From positions 1-60,677 of the forward strand of contig JABIWF010000080.1 in assembly GCA_018701175.1 (NCBI GenBank): a stretch of 60,677 nucleotides of DNA, given 5' to 3'. Positions 16,765 through 25,970 of this stretch are shown here, piece after piece. The notes beneath the pieces were generated by a model, which did not search any database, had not been told where the DNA came from, and saw only the letters and a program-made list of their open reading frames with translations. The translations under genes were made by a program, and so were the position numbers. How positions within the stretch are numbered: the first letter of the stretch is position 1; each line of letters opens with the position of its first letter. The DNA is from Methanobacteriota archaeon. Lineage in GTDB: Archaea > Thermoplasmatota > Poseidoniia > Poseidoniales > Poseidoniaceae.

Positions 16765-17529
16765 TCACTCCTTCTTGCGAGGGAGTGAGCCGAGCCAAAA
16801 CCGTAGGTTCGAATTGTTTGGTACTGCCACAACTTGTCCTGCTCGGTCAGCGAGTTGCCGTTCAAGCCTGTTACGTACTTCGTCGAGTAGGGTTGCCATT
16901 TCTGTCTGGCCGAGTTGCAATTCACGGCGCAGGTCAGAAAGATTCAACTTTCGTTCCGGAGTTTCAATAAGACTGTGAACCATTGTTCGTTGTTCATAAT
17001 GTTCGAAATCGGAATCAACACCAGCAGAAATTCTGTTACGAATATGCTGATGCAGTGCGATGACTGCGTCGCGTTGCGCATCAATTCCTTCAAGGATTGA
17101 ATTGAGATGCTGAATATGCGCCATACCTTCTCCAACTGAAATTTTCTTTCTGCCACTTACCGATTGGACAACCTGTTCGGTCGAACTTGGTAGCCTATTG
17201 GAAAGACGCATCGGTCCACCGGCGGGAAGTCGGCGTTGTTCACACTGGAACAAATCAGGCCCAAGGTCAATACGTAGAGAAATGGATTGTTGAACACTGT
17301 AAATCATCCGTGGAGGTCCACCTTTCTCGCTTGCAACCTTCATCTTCGTGACAAAGTTTCCGCGTTCGAGTTCGCGCAAGTGCTTGCCAATGGCTTGCTG
17401 ACTTACACCAAGTAATTCCGCTAGTTGCATTGGATAGTGAGGCTCTCGAACCAACCGTTCGAGAATCTGCCTTCGCAACTTGTTTTGCAATAAGGTTAGG
17501 GCTGTATCGATATCTTCCACACTGCTCAA
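16765..17529 (-). CDS. ArsR/winged-helix transcriptional regulator with long C-terminal helical region
   Basis: LRRQILERLVREPHYPMQLAELLGVSQQAIGKHLRELERGNFVTK is a classic ArsR-type wHTH. The start is TTG 17529 or GTG 17520. Confidence 0.7.
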   Translation of the reverse strand: MSSVEDIDTALTLLQNKLRRQILERLVREPHYPMQLAELLGVSQQAIGKHLRELERGNFVTKMKVASEKGGPPRMIYSVQQSISLRIDLGPDLFQCEQRRLPAGGPMRLSNRLPSSTEQVVQSVSGRKKISVGEGMAHIQHLNSILEGIDAQRDAVIALHQHIRNRISAGVDSDFEHYEQRTMVHSLIETPERKLNLSDLRRELQLGQTEMATLLDEVRNRLERQLADRAGQVVAVPNNSNLRFWLGSLPRKKE

Positions 17530-17612
17530 CTCAAAGTTACCTAGACGCTACCACTCTTTGAAGCCGTCGCTTTGGGTGCTTCAATAAAATGAAGTTTGAG
17601 CATGTGCGGCTG

Positions 17613-17635
17613 AGAGCCTTTACTGCATAGGCTCT
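17613..17635 (-). terminator. Possible hairpin at the stop codon of the 17634-18233 gene
   Basis: AGAGCC-N11-GGCTCT inverted repeat overlaps the TAG stop. On the minus strand it is followed by a T-rich CATTTTATTG, which could equally be the TATA box of the downstream ArsR gene. Confidence 0.3.
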
Positions 17636-18233
17636 AGTTTGTCCTCAAAATTTTTTGAGCGAGATTCTTGAACCCATTCACACCTATGGCAGCGTATGCT
17701 CCAAACAGCACTGCAAATACAATGTAGGCTGTTGATGAGACACCAAGCGATGCCTCATATTCCCACTCGACCTCGAATTGCTGAAGCGTTTGAGTATCGT
17801 CCCCGCCTGCGACAAATCGGTATTCTCCACTGGTGGCCTCCCAGTTGAAATTGTCGCCTGAGGAGGGGCTGCCGACAACAAGATTGATGCTGTCTTTATC
17901 GCATTCGAAGTAGCCGTCTTTCAAATCGCATTTCTCTGCCTCTGAAGCTTCGGCAATACCAATCCAAACGCCTGATTGTACCCAAGACACGGACACATCG
18001 ACGTTCAATGCGTCAATGGCTTTTGGAAGTGAGAGAATCTCTTGTGACATGCCCCAATAACACGTTATTTGCTCCTCCTGAATGAAGGGGATACCGTCTT
18101 CTACATCACAAGGGGGAAGCATCGCTTGCTCTCTTGCACCGTCCTCAACCGTTGGAGGTGGCAGTAATGTCGGAACAGCCAGCAACAGTAAGCAGATGAA
18201 TCCAGCAACCCATCGAAAGATCGTATCACGCAT
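17634..18233 (-). CDS. Hypothetical exported protein with C-terminal TM anchor
   Basis: N-terminal hydrophobic segment WVAGFICLLLLAVPTLL and C-terminal TM YIVFAVLFGAYAAIGV. Same strand as top6BA and closely spaced behind it. Confidence 0.6.
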   Translation of the reverse strand: MRDTIFRWVAGFICLLLLAVPTLLPPPTVEDGAREQAMLPPCDVEDGIPFIQEEQITCYWGMSQEILSLPKAIDALNVDVSVSWVQSGVWIGIAEASEAEKCDLKDGYFECDKDSINLVVGSPSSGDNFNWEATSGEYRFVAGGDDTQTLQQFEVEWEYEASLGVSSTAYIVFAVLFGAYAAIGVNGFKNLAQKILRTN

Positions 18234-18242
18234 GTCCTTTCC

Positions 18243-19307
18243 TCACATGTCGTCCCAATCAGCCCAATCCTTAGAATTGGTACTGTTATCCTGTTGAACC
18301 GCTGTTGCTTCGTTCAAAACGTTCGATGCTGGCCGCTGAGTCGGACCAGACTCCCTTGGTGCATCTCCACCCATATCCCATAGTGAAATCTGTTCGGTAT
18401 TGGCTTGCTTTGGCTCCACTCGTTTTGATTGAGTCTTTGGTACAGAATCAGCAAATGGGTCTTCAACCGAGCGAGACATTTCCTCAACATCGCCACGCAT
18501 CAAAGCATAGATCTGCTCGGTAGTCAGGAGTTGTCCTTGCATAACGGCTTTTGAGCCGTCAACATAGGAGTCATCTTTCTGGTCTTGTTCCCCTTCAGTT
18601 TCAGCCATTTGTTGCCGTTCCAATTCTTCCTTGAGTTTTTGCAGCATTGGGTGTTGTGCGACCATTGACTGGTCTTGTTCCTGTAACGTTCGTAGGAATT
18701 CATCGTCTCTTCCAATGACATTGAGTGTTCCACGAACGGCTTTGCTTCGATTCGAATAGGCGATTATGGCGGCAATTGGTAGAATAACTATTCCAAAGCA
18801 ACAGAAACTGAAGCCCAGTGTTAGGCCTGCAGAGTCAAAAATTTCCATTTGCCAATCTTCAACGTTAACAATCCAAACGACTTGTCCATCGCAGTCGGTT
18901 TCCTCACACGAGGCGCTTACCATCAACTCACCCGATTCGTCGGTAACCCATTCCTCGATAATTTTGAAAGTTGCTCCATCAGAGGCCATAGGCGTCCAAT
19001 CCGTGAAACAGTTGACAGGTACAATAACTTCATTTGCAGCCGCTGAACCAACGATTTTCTTGATTTCGATTTCACTGTCAGATGCGTTTGAAAACGCCAC
19101 CGCCATGAAACACTCGTCCTTGTTGACTTCGATTACTGCCGAATCCCCGTAGTCAATTTCAACGGTGGCTCGTTCTCGGGGATCATAAATTGAATCTATG
19201 GCACTGGTTTGCAAGGTAAGTGCAACGCCACCGGCAAGGAGCAACAAAGATCCGAGAATCCCGAGCCGTAACGCCCATGGCGAACGCTTGGAGGATTTCC
19301 CGGCCAT
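18243..19307 (-). CDS. Hypothetical bitopic membrane protein (TM - ectodomain - TM - acidic disordered tail)
   Basis: TM segments LRLGILGSLLLLAGGVALTL and LGFSFCCFGIVILPIAAIIAY. Cytoplasmic tail rich in Q/E/D, ending WADWDDM. Confidence 0.6.
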   Translation of the reverse strand: MAGKSSKRSPWALRLGILGSLLLLAGGVALTLQTSAIDSIYDPRERATVEIDYGDSAVIEVNKDECFMAVAFSNASDSEIEIKKIVGSAAANEVIVPVNCFTDWTPMASDGATFKIIEEWVTDESGELMVSASCEETDCDGQVVWIVNVEDWQMEIFDSAGLTLGFSFCCFGIVILPIAAIIAYSNRSKAVRGTLNVIGRDDEFLRTLQEQDQSMVAQHPMLQKLKEELERQQMAETEGEQDQKDDSYVDGSKAVMQGQLLTTEQIYALMRGDVEEMSRSVEDPFADSVPKTQSKRVEPKQANTEQISLWDMGGDAPRESGPTQRPASNVLNEATAVQQDNSTNSKDWADWDDM

Positions 19308-19349
19308 AGTGAACCCTCAGCCTTCATCCTCAATGAATGCTTGCGCGGC

Positions 19350-20447
19350 TCAAGCCAAGCCCAGTTCAGCCAATTTTTCTGGCAGATAAGTTTCGGTAAC
19401 GAAGTCAAGACCGTACTTTGCTAGGGATTGTTGTTCAGCTTTCTTTCCGAGTTCCAACATCATGTTGATTTGGTCTTGCCACCAACTGTCAGCAAATCTC
19501 GGGTCTGAAAGTTCTGCATTGAGTGCCTCAACGTCCTTCTTTGAGAGGTCATCACTCGGCAAATCATAGGCAACAATGTCATCAGCAGTGATTCCTAGAT
19601 AGGTTGCTGATGGCGTTGCTAAGTATTCGGAAATATGTGCAGTCTTGATTGCACCATAAGCGATGGATGCAAAGATTCTGAAAGACCATGGATCGCCGTC
19701 AAGGAAGACAACGACTGGCAAATCCCATTCCTCGCTCATTCGCTTCATGATTCGTCGAGTCGAACGCGCAGGTTGGCCCTTGAGGTGTAAGAGGCCACAG
19801 CGATAGTCCTCATCAAACCCGTTTTCAATAAGTCGGTCAAACATACCACCTGTCTCGATGGCCATGATGAAATCGATATCGTGCTCAAGAAGTTCAATCT
19901 TTTCGAGTTCAACGTTGTACGGCACTCCATAGCCAGAATCCCCGACATCGTCGCGAGCATTAATTCTCATCCATTCACCTCGACGGTTTCTCTCACGCAA
20001 TGTGAGGTTTCCAATCATTCGAGCACCGTCTTCTTCCGGACGTAATTTGAAATCTTCACGCAAGCACTTTGTTACAATTTCCAAATCTTCTGCTAGGTTA
20101 TTCGAATCGTTTTGACTTCCAAACTTACCCATGCCCCAACTCTCCGAAATATAGTACATTTCTCTCAGGGTAGAGGATTTTCCAGCATCCAGCATTTCTT
20201 CAATAAATTCGACGACGTGAAGAGCACGCAACAATTGCTTGGCTGAGCCCAGACTCGTTGCATCGCGAATCGATTGCTTCTTTCCATATTTGTAAACGCC
20301 GAGCTTCTTGTCAAATCCAATATTGTTCTTCGTTCGAACGGGCAGCGTCATTGTAGGGGATTCGCCTTTGACAATACGGTCGTACATTTCTGCGACGACT
20401 TCATGCATGGCCGCTTTCGTTTCTTCGGGTGTGTGCATTCTTGACAT
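19350..20447 (-). CDS. top6A: DNA topoisomerase VI subunit A (Spo11-like)
   Basis: STLREMYYISESWG (catalytic Tyr region). Toprim residues: E in MAIETGGMFDRL and DxD in VFLDGDPWSFRI. The start overlaps the top6B stop by 1 nt (TGATG). Confidence 0.9.
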   Translation of the reverse strand: MSRMHTPEETKAAMHEVVAEMYDRIVKGESPTMTLPVRTKNNIGFDKKLGVYKYGKKQSIRDATSLGSAKQLLRALHVVEFIEEMLDAGKSSTLREMYYISESWGMGKFGSQNDSNNLAEDLEIVTKCLREDFKLRPEEDGARMIGNLTLRERNRRGEWMRINARDDVGDSGYGVPYNVELEKIELLEHDIDFIMAIETGGMFDRLIENGFDEDYRCGLLHLKGQPARSTRRIMKRMSEEWDLPVVVFLDGDPWSFRIFASIAYGAIKTAHISEYLATPSATYLGITADDIVAYDLPSDDLSKKDVEALNAELSDPRFADSWWQDQINMMLELGKKAEQQSLAKYGLDFVTETYLPEKLAELGLA

Positions 20448-22564
20448 CAGACATCACCTCCAAACAAAGTGCGTTGGCCTTCTGGGGGCGCAACGGCAGG
20501 CTCAACAATTTCAGCGTCACCAGGTGGTGCTTCTGCAATTAGGGCTACTTTGGGAGTTGGTTCGGGTGAAGATTCCTTCGTGGTTGGTTCGGATTGAGCA
20601 CTTCCGCCTTCATATTCAAGCAATAACTGCTCTTGTCGACGAATTTCTTCCAAGAACTTTTCATCCATTTTTGTCGCTCCAATTACATCTTGCGCTCCTC
20701 TGAACAAAATCTCAGTATCTGTCCAATCTCCGCGCTCAAGTCCACTTAGGCTGTAAGTGATGTTTTTCCTTTCTCCAGGTTGCAAAGCTTCGAGTTTCCA
20801 AGCCCATACTCCGAGGGCTTCTTTCCGCCCTCCAGTATCGTTGTTTTCCATCTTAGCACCCGCCTTCTCAGGCCATGTTGCTAGGATGGTGTAGGCACGC
20901 GGCCGAGTGGTATAATTGAACAGAACAATATCCACATCGGTCTGCTTTGTTTCTTTATTCCATACGGTTGTGGATTCACTGATAACGGCTGACATGATTT
21001 TGGTTATCGAGCCAGATAGTTCAGGGACTGGACGGTTCAGCAGTTGAGCAGATTTCTCAGCGATCGCTGGCAAGATGTCGTTAATGAGTTCGAACTTTTC
21101 CTTCGTCTTTGCCATCTTCTTTTTCTTTTCCAAATGCTTTCTCAAGCCTCTTCCCATTTCCAGCATAGCTTTGCGGGCTTCCTCCATGACTTCGCCGTTG
21201 TCAGCAAGCGCTTCTTTCGCTTCAGATGTGAATTGGACGTTCGTACTCGCGAGGTGAACGAGAATCGCAGCAGGACCCTTTGGCACGCCTTTACCGCCGG
21301 CCTGGTCTAACCCGTATTGCCGCCAGTCCACACTCTCGATTGCTTTGGTGAGTAAACAACCACCTTGTTGGTACATGAGCGGAACTCGGTTGGCAAACCT
21401 CAGAATCTCCACGGGTTTGTCACCTGCCATTGAACCACCGAAAATTAACCCCACTTCGACTTGGAAAGGATTGCCCTGCGTTACGTTGGGGACCCGTGTT
21501 AGAGTTGTTACGAAACGGGAGTCAATGGTTTTCGATAATCCCTTTTTGATGAGAATTTCTTCGATTGGCGATAGACAATTGGTTGGTGGTTTGAGCAATT
21601 TTGCCGGTTGTCCTTTGAACAACCGTTCTCCCTGGAACGCTTCCAAAAGATGCCGTATGTCGTCGCCCTTGAGGGTTTTCATTTTCCTTGTGCCTTCCAA
21701 GTCTGCTGCTTGGCATAATTCCTTGCGAGCACGGTTTGTTACGCCAGAGAAATTATTCAAGAGGAAATGGTTCAAATTCAAATCGTTGGATTCTGCTACC
21801 ATTCTCTGTAACTGGCCCAGTTCAATGCCGTGTGGGTGTGGCTTGATGCTCTCGACCTTGGTTGGTAAGCGCTCAGTCACACGAGTCCAATGATGCTTCT
21901 CGCCATCAGGGTCGATAAAGATAATTTCTGCGTGGGGGTTGACGATACTTGTCATGCGAAGGTATTGCCAAACGCTTTGACGGCCTTTTTGGTATTTCGC
22001 TTTCATTTGTGCGGTAACTTCGGTGCCATGTTCCTTGGAACTGCCGTCCTCATTGTACCACATTTCACGTCCTGCGTTCGCTTTCGTGGCCTTATTTTTT
22101 CGAGTATCGAGGCCGATATCTACGACGGCAGCAGTTGGTTCAGTGGCAATTTTTGAGCGAACGTGGGTCGTTCGGCCGGTGGTGAGTTGACAATACATGA
22201 CGACACCGGTAATTCCGATACCTTGCTGTCCACGGGATTGACGTATGGCGTGGAAACGAGAACCGAACAGTAACTGTCCGAACACTTTTTCAATGCTTTT
22301 TTGTGGGATTCCAGGGCCGTTGTCTTCGACAATGAGTTTGATAATGTCCTTCTTTGGATCTAACTTTGTAATTTGAATGTGGATGGTTGGTAAGATTCGA
22401 GCTTCTTCACATGCGTCAAGGGCGTTATCTACGGCTTCTTTCACTGCAGTGATGAGTGAACGAGCGAGCGAGTCAAATCCGAGAAAGTGTTTGTTTTTCT
22501 CAAAAAACTCAGAAATGGCGACTTGCTTTTGGTTTGACGCGAGTTTTTGTGCTATGCCAGACAT
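20447..22564 (-). CDS. top6B: DNA topoisomerase VI subunit B (GHKL ATPase)
   Basis: Bergerat-fold motifs KEAVDNALDA, VEDNGPGI, SRGQQGIGITG. Transducer region, plus a Pro/Glu-rich C-terminal extension. Confidence 0.9.
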   Translation of the reverse strand: MSGIAQKLASNQKQVAISEFFEKNKHFLGFDSLARSLITAVKEAVDNALDACEEARILPTIHIQITKLDPKKDIIKLIVEDNGPGIPQKSIEKVFGQLLFGSRFHAIRQSRGQQGIGITGVVMYCQLTTGRTTHVRSKIATEPTAAVVDIGLDTRKNKATKANAGREMWYNEDGSSKEHGTEVTAQMKAKYQKGRQSVWQYLRMTSIVNPHAEIIFIDPDGEKHHWTRVTERLPTKVESIKPHPHGIELGQLQRMVAESNDLNLNHFLLNNFSGVTNRARKELCQAADLEGTRKMKTLKGDDIRHLLEAFQGERLFKGQPAKLLKPPTNCLSPIEEILIKKGLSKTIDSRFVTTLTRVPNVTQGNPFQVEVGLIFGGSMAGDKPVEILRFANRVPLMYQQGGCLLTKAIESVDWRQYGLDQAGGKGVPKGPAAILVHLASTNVQFTSEAKEALADNGEVMEEARKAMLEMGRGLRKHLEKKKKMAKTKEKFELINDILPAIAEKSAQLLNRPVPELSGSITKIMSAVISESTTVWNKETKQTDVDIVLFNYTTRPRAYTILATWPEKAGAKMENNDTGGRKEALGVWAWKLEALQPGERKNITYSLSGLERGDWTDTEILFRGAQDVIGATKMDEKFLEEIRRQEQLLLEYEGGSAQSEPTTKESSPEPTPKVALIAEAPPGDAEIVEPAVAPPEGQRTLFGGDV

Positions 22565-22804
22565 GGGTCTTCCTCCAACCAGGTCCTCCTTCGTCCGAAT
22601 GACGTCGGGCCTATGTGGTAAACAACCTTGCTTACCGACGGTTCTTAATGTCTAAGACTCCGCTTCATCAACGATTACGATTTGAGAACTGATAAGAAGC
22701 ACTGAGGTTTCCTGAGATGAGATTCGACTCGAAAGACGCCAACGAACTGCAATCAAAGCCAACAGTGACAGCAACATTCATGTCTCGAAAGACCGATATT
22801 AAGC

Positions 22805-24793
22805 TCAATTAAACATGTTTTCATCCCATGATGTGATGATTCCTGTGAAAGCAGATGCAGCGACAGTTAGCGGGCTAGCAAGATAGAGCTTCCCAGGCCC
22901 AGAACGTCCTTGGAAGTTACGATTTATTGCTGAAACAGTCACTTGTTCCGGAGTGATGGATACACCAGGGCCTGCACCAATACATGCACCACAGCCAGGG
23001 TCGATGAGTTTGACACCAACTCGGCCGAACAAATCATGCCATCCTTCTCGAACTGCTAGGTCTTTGACAATGCCTGAGCCGTATTGGATGTAGAAATCCA
23101 CGCCGTCTTTGACGACAAGTCCAGCCTCTTCTGCCGCTTTGCAAACTAGAGCATAGTAGGCAACATCGTCCGCTTTACCAGCAGTACATGAGCCTCCATA
23201 GGCGATGTCGATTGAGACGCTGCCGATATCGGCCACATCAGCTCCGTTCGTTGGGTCACTCGGGATTCCTTTGTCCGGGTTGCCCGGATGTGCAACCATC
23301 GGTTGAATTTCTGACATGTTGATGATGTGAACGCCGCCATCGTAGTGTGCACCTTGGTCAGGGTGGACAGCGAGTCCCTTCTGAGTTTCAATGTCAAGGT
23401 GCGGTTGAGCAGCAATCATCCAGTCGTAAAGTAAGTCGTCAGCTTCGCAAATGCCAGTTCGGCCAGAACATTCTGTTGCCATGTTGCACAAGGTTGCCCT
23501 CTCGTCAACCGACAATCCAGCAAGTCCCGGGCCACCGAATTCCATGCTGCGGTTCAGGGTAAGCTCCTTGCGCGCATGGTCGGCGAGAATGTAGAGGATG
23601 ACGTCTTTTGCAGTACACCCTGGCGCAAGCGTGCCTTGGAGATCAAATCGAATCGATTCTGGAACTTTCACAAAAGTGAATCCAGCGCTGATGAGGTTTG
23701 CGTATTCTGTTGCACCTACGCCCCATGTCAGGGCGTTTGAAGCCCCGCCCATGCAAGTGTGGGAATCTGTTGCTTGGATGAAATCCCCAACTTCGATGAA
23801 CTCTTCACGCGCAACCTGGTGGCAAATGCCAGGTGAAACACCATCTTTCGCAGAATAATCACGCACCTCAGTGTGCTGTTGGAACGCAATTTGCAAATCC
23901 CTTAATGTCTGCACTTTATGCATGAAGGGGACAAATTTAGGGTTGTGATGTGCATAAAGCAGGTGATCTTCGAACACAGCAAACTTACCAGGGTTCGGCA
24001 AGGAGTATTCACTGCCGTATTCTTCCTGCAAGAAGGTATGGACTTGAGCGGTTGTAAACTCGTGAGAATAGCCACCTTGGACTTGGGCAATGACAGGGTC
24101 TTCGGGTTTGACGCATTGTCCAGCATCTTGACCGACAAGGTTTCGAGCGATAATTTTCTCAGCCATGGTCATTGCGCGTGGCGGTGTTTCAATTGCAGGA
24201 AGTTGGATTTCTCCGGCTTTGAGTGATTTGGCGAAAGGAAAAAGACCGCCTTTTTCGAGAATTATCTGAGTGACTTCATCGTATTGGCTGGTAAATTCTG
24301 ACAAGTCAATTTCTTCACCCTCTTGTAGTCTTTCGAGCATAGCATGATCGCCCATTATTTGTCCAAGATTGATGTTGTTTCGTTCATGGATTGGAGCGAA
24401 TGATGCAGCGATAACGATATTGATTCCTGCCCAGCGTTCACATTGAGCAGCAGTCTCTCGTGAAGACCCAGTCCCTTTGCGTTGACCAGAAACAATCACT
24501 TCGAAATTTCCGTTCTTGAGTGCGTTTTCATTGAAGACTCTCAAGCCGTTGTGCATTAGTCCAGCGTAAGCGTTCTTTGCAATTTCAGCAGGATCATGGT
24601 CGAAACATACCCAAGCAGGTGTCATCACGTCGGTGTTGATATCGTCAAGTAAATCATCGATGGTGAGGTCTTTCATCTTGAGATTGAGGCCGTCGTACAG
24701 TTGCCGTCTGATGAGGTCGAGGTCTTTTGTGAGGAAAAGAACCCTTTTTTCAGCGTTTAGAGCAACTTTTGCTGGCGGCCACTGTCCTCTCAT
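22805..24793 (-). CDS. Aconitase-family hydratase, single chain with swivel (LeuD-like) domain N-terminal to the catalytic (LeuC-like) domains
   Basis: N-terminal swivel motifs DDINTDVMTP, KGTGSSRETAAQ, IAASFAPIHERNNINLG. Then MTMAEKIIARN, DSHTCMGG, YGGSCTAGK, DPGCGACIGAGPG, NRNFQGRSG (Fe-S cluster ligands and substrate motifs). Confidence 0.85.
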   Translation of the reverse strand: MRGQWPPAKVALNAEKRVLFLTKDLDLIRRQLYDGLNLKMKDLTIDDLLDDINTDVMTPAWVCFDHDPAEIAKNAYAGLMHNGLRVFNENALKNGNFEVIVSGQRKGTGSSRETAAQCERWAGINIVIAASFAPIHERNNINLGQIMGDHAMLERLQEGEEIDLSEFTSQYDEVTQIILEKGGLFPFAKSLKAGEIQLPAIETPPRAMTMAEKIIARNLVGQDAGQCVKPEDPVIAQVQGGYSHEFTTAQVHTFLQEEYGSEYSLPNPGKFAVFEDHLLYAHHNPKFVPFMHKVQTLRDLQIAFQQHTEVRDYSAKDGVSPGICHQVAREEFIEVGDFIQATDSHTCMGGASNALTWGVGATEYANLISAGFTFVKVPESIRFDLQGTLAPGCTAKDVILYILADHARKELTLNRSMEFGGPGLAGLSVDERATLCNMATECSGRTGICEADDLLYDWMIAAQPHLDIETQKGLAVHPDQGAHYDGGVHIINMSEIQPMVAHPGNPDKGIPSDPTNGADVADIGSVSIDIAYGGSCTAGKADDVAYYALVCKAAEEAGLVVKDGVDFYIQYGSGIVKDLAVREGWHDLFGRVGVKLIDPGCGACIGAGPGVSITPEQVTVSAINRNFQGRSGPGKLYLASPLTVAASAFTGIITSWDENMFN

Positions 24794-25014
24794 CTTTCGC
24801 CCTCAAACCCTTTCAAGCGCTCAGTGTTCATAACCGGTTCGGGAAGAATATTTGGTTTTCTACAGTGAAGAAGCGATTCTCTTCTCTTTTCTGTGTGCTT
24901 AACTTTATACTACAACCCGCATGACTTTAAATACCATTACTTGTCGGGATATAATAAGGTTCCCTAATGAGTTGAGCGTTGATGCTCGGCAAGGGAGTAA
25001 AATGAGGAATACAC

Positions 25015-25941
25015 ATGGATGAGCAACAAGTAGAAGATATCGTAAAATGCAGCGACTGCGCAAGTCGAAATTTAACCCGCGACGAAACACGCGGTGAAGT
25101 CATTTGTGACGACTGTGGTTTGGTTTTAGAAGACAATGTTATCGACCAAGGCGCTGAATGGCGTGTTTTCTCTCCTGAACAAGGAGATCAACGTGCCCGT
25201 ACAGGTGCTCCAATGACGGTTATGCTTCACGACAAAGGGCTGTCGACCGATATCGACTGGCAAAACAAAGACTATTCTGGTAAAACCATCAATTCACGCT
25301 ACCGTTCGCAATTCTACCGAATGCGTAAGTGGCAAAAGAGAAGCCGGGTTTCGAACGCAACAGAACGCAATCTCGCAATGGCTTTGGCTGAACTCGACAG
25401 AATGGCAAGCCGACTCGAACTACCAAAATCAGTTCGTGAAGCAGCAGCAGTCAATTACAAGAAAGCGGTCGACAAGCGTTTGATTCGTGGTCGTTCCATT
25501 GAAGGTGTTGCTGCAGCATCTCTGTATGCCGCTTGCCGCCAATGTGGTGTGCCTCGTACTCTCGATGAAATCGGACAAGCTTCCAGAACTGGGCGCAAGG
25601 AAATCGGACGAACCTACCGTTTCATGGTTCGGGAATTGAAGATGAAAATCATGCCAACAGGCCCTGAAGACTACATCTCCCGATTCTGTTCTGGACTTGG
25701 ATTGGATGCTGAAGTTGAAGCAAAAGCATACGAATTAATCAAAGCAGCTCAAGAAAAGGAACTGACCAGCGGCCGTGGCCCAACCGGTATCGCAGCATCG
25801 ATTATCTATATCGCATCCGTACTCTGCGGTAAGCGAAGAACTCAACGTGAAGTTGCTGAAGTTGCTGGCGTTACAGAAGTTACCATCCGTAACCGTTACA
25901 AGGAATTGATTCAGAACTTGAACATTGAACTTGATATCTGA
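25015..25941 (+). CDS. tfb: Transcription initiation factor IIB (TFB)
   Basis: N-terminal Zn ribbon [35 protein letters not shown]-reader EWRVF, and two cyclin-fold repeats ([34 protein letters not shown]). Confidence 0.95.
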   Translation: MDEQQVEDIVKCSDCASRNLTRDETRGEVICDDCGLVLEDNVIDQGAEWRVFSPEQGDQRARTGAPMTVMLHDKGLSTDIDWQNKDYSGKTINSRYRSQFYRMRKWQKRSRVSNATERNLAMALAELDRMASRLELPKSVREAAAVNYKKAVDKRLIRGRSIEGVAAASLYAACRQCGVPRTLDEIGQASRTGRKEIGRTYRFMVRELKMKIMPTGPEDYISRFCSGLGLDAEVEAKAYELIKAAQEKELTSGRGPTGIAASIIYIASVLCGKRRTQREVAEVAGVTEVTIRNRYKELIQNLNIELDI

Positions 25942-25970
25942 TTTTCTGTTTGATTCCTTGAGGTTTCACC

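Noticed and set aside
16801-16830. GGTTCGAAT T-loop-like sequence suggesting a second tRNA
   Set aside because: The flanking bases do not form a T-stem, acceptor stem or anticodon arm. It lies inside the 3' end of the ArsR-type regulator gene.
22565-22804. Largest non-coding gap: searched for C/D-box sRNA, other ncRNA and small ORFs
   Set aside because: A TGATGA (C-box-like) occurs on the minus strand, but there is no correctly spaced CTGA D box or terminal stem. Only a 14-codon ORF is present. A 10-nt direct repeat (CTCGAAAGAC at about 22728 and 22784) and a TTCGA-C-TCGAA palindrome exist, but they are too short to interpret. The gap most likely holds the aconitase terminator and the top6B promoter.
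24794-25014. Divergent promoter region between the aconitase gene and tfb; several A/T-rich candidates (TTTATACT near 24905, TTTAAATA near 24927, ATATAATAA near 24949)
   Set aside because: There are too many equally plausible TATA-like strings and no recognisable BRE, so I cannot pick one from sequence alone. It is not reported as a feature.
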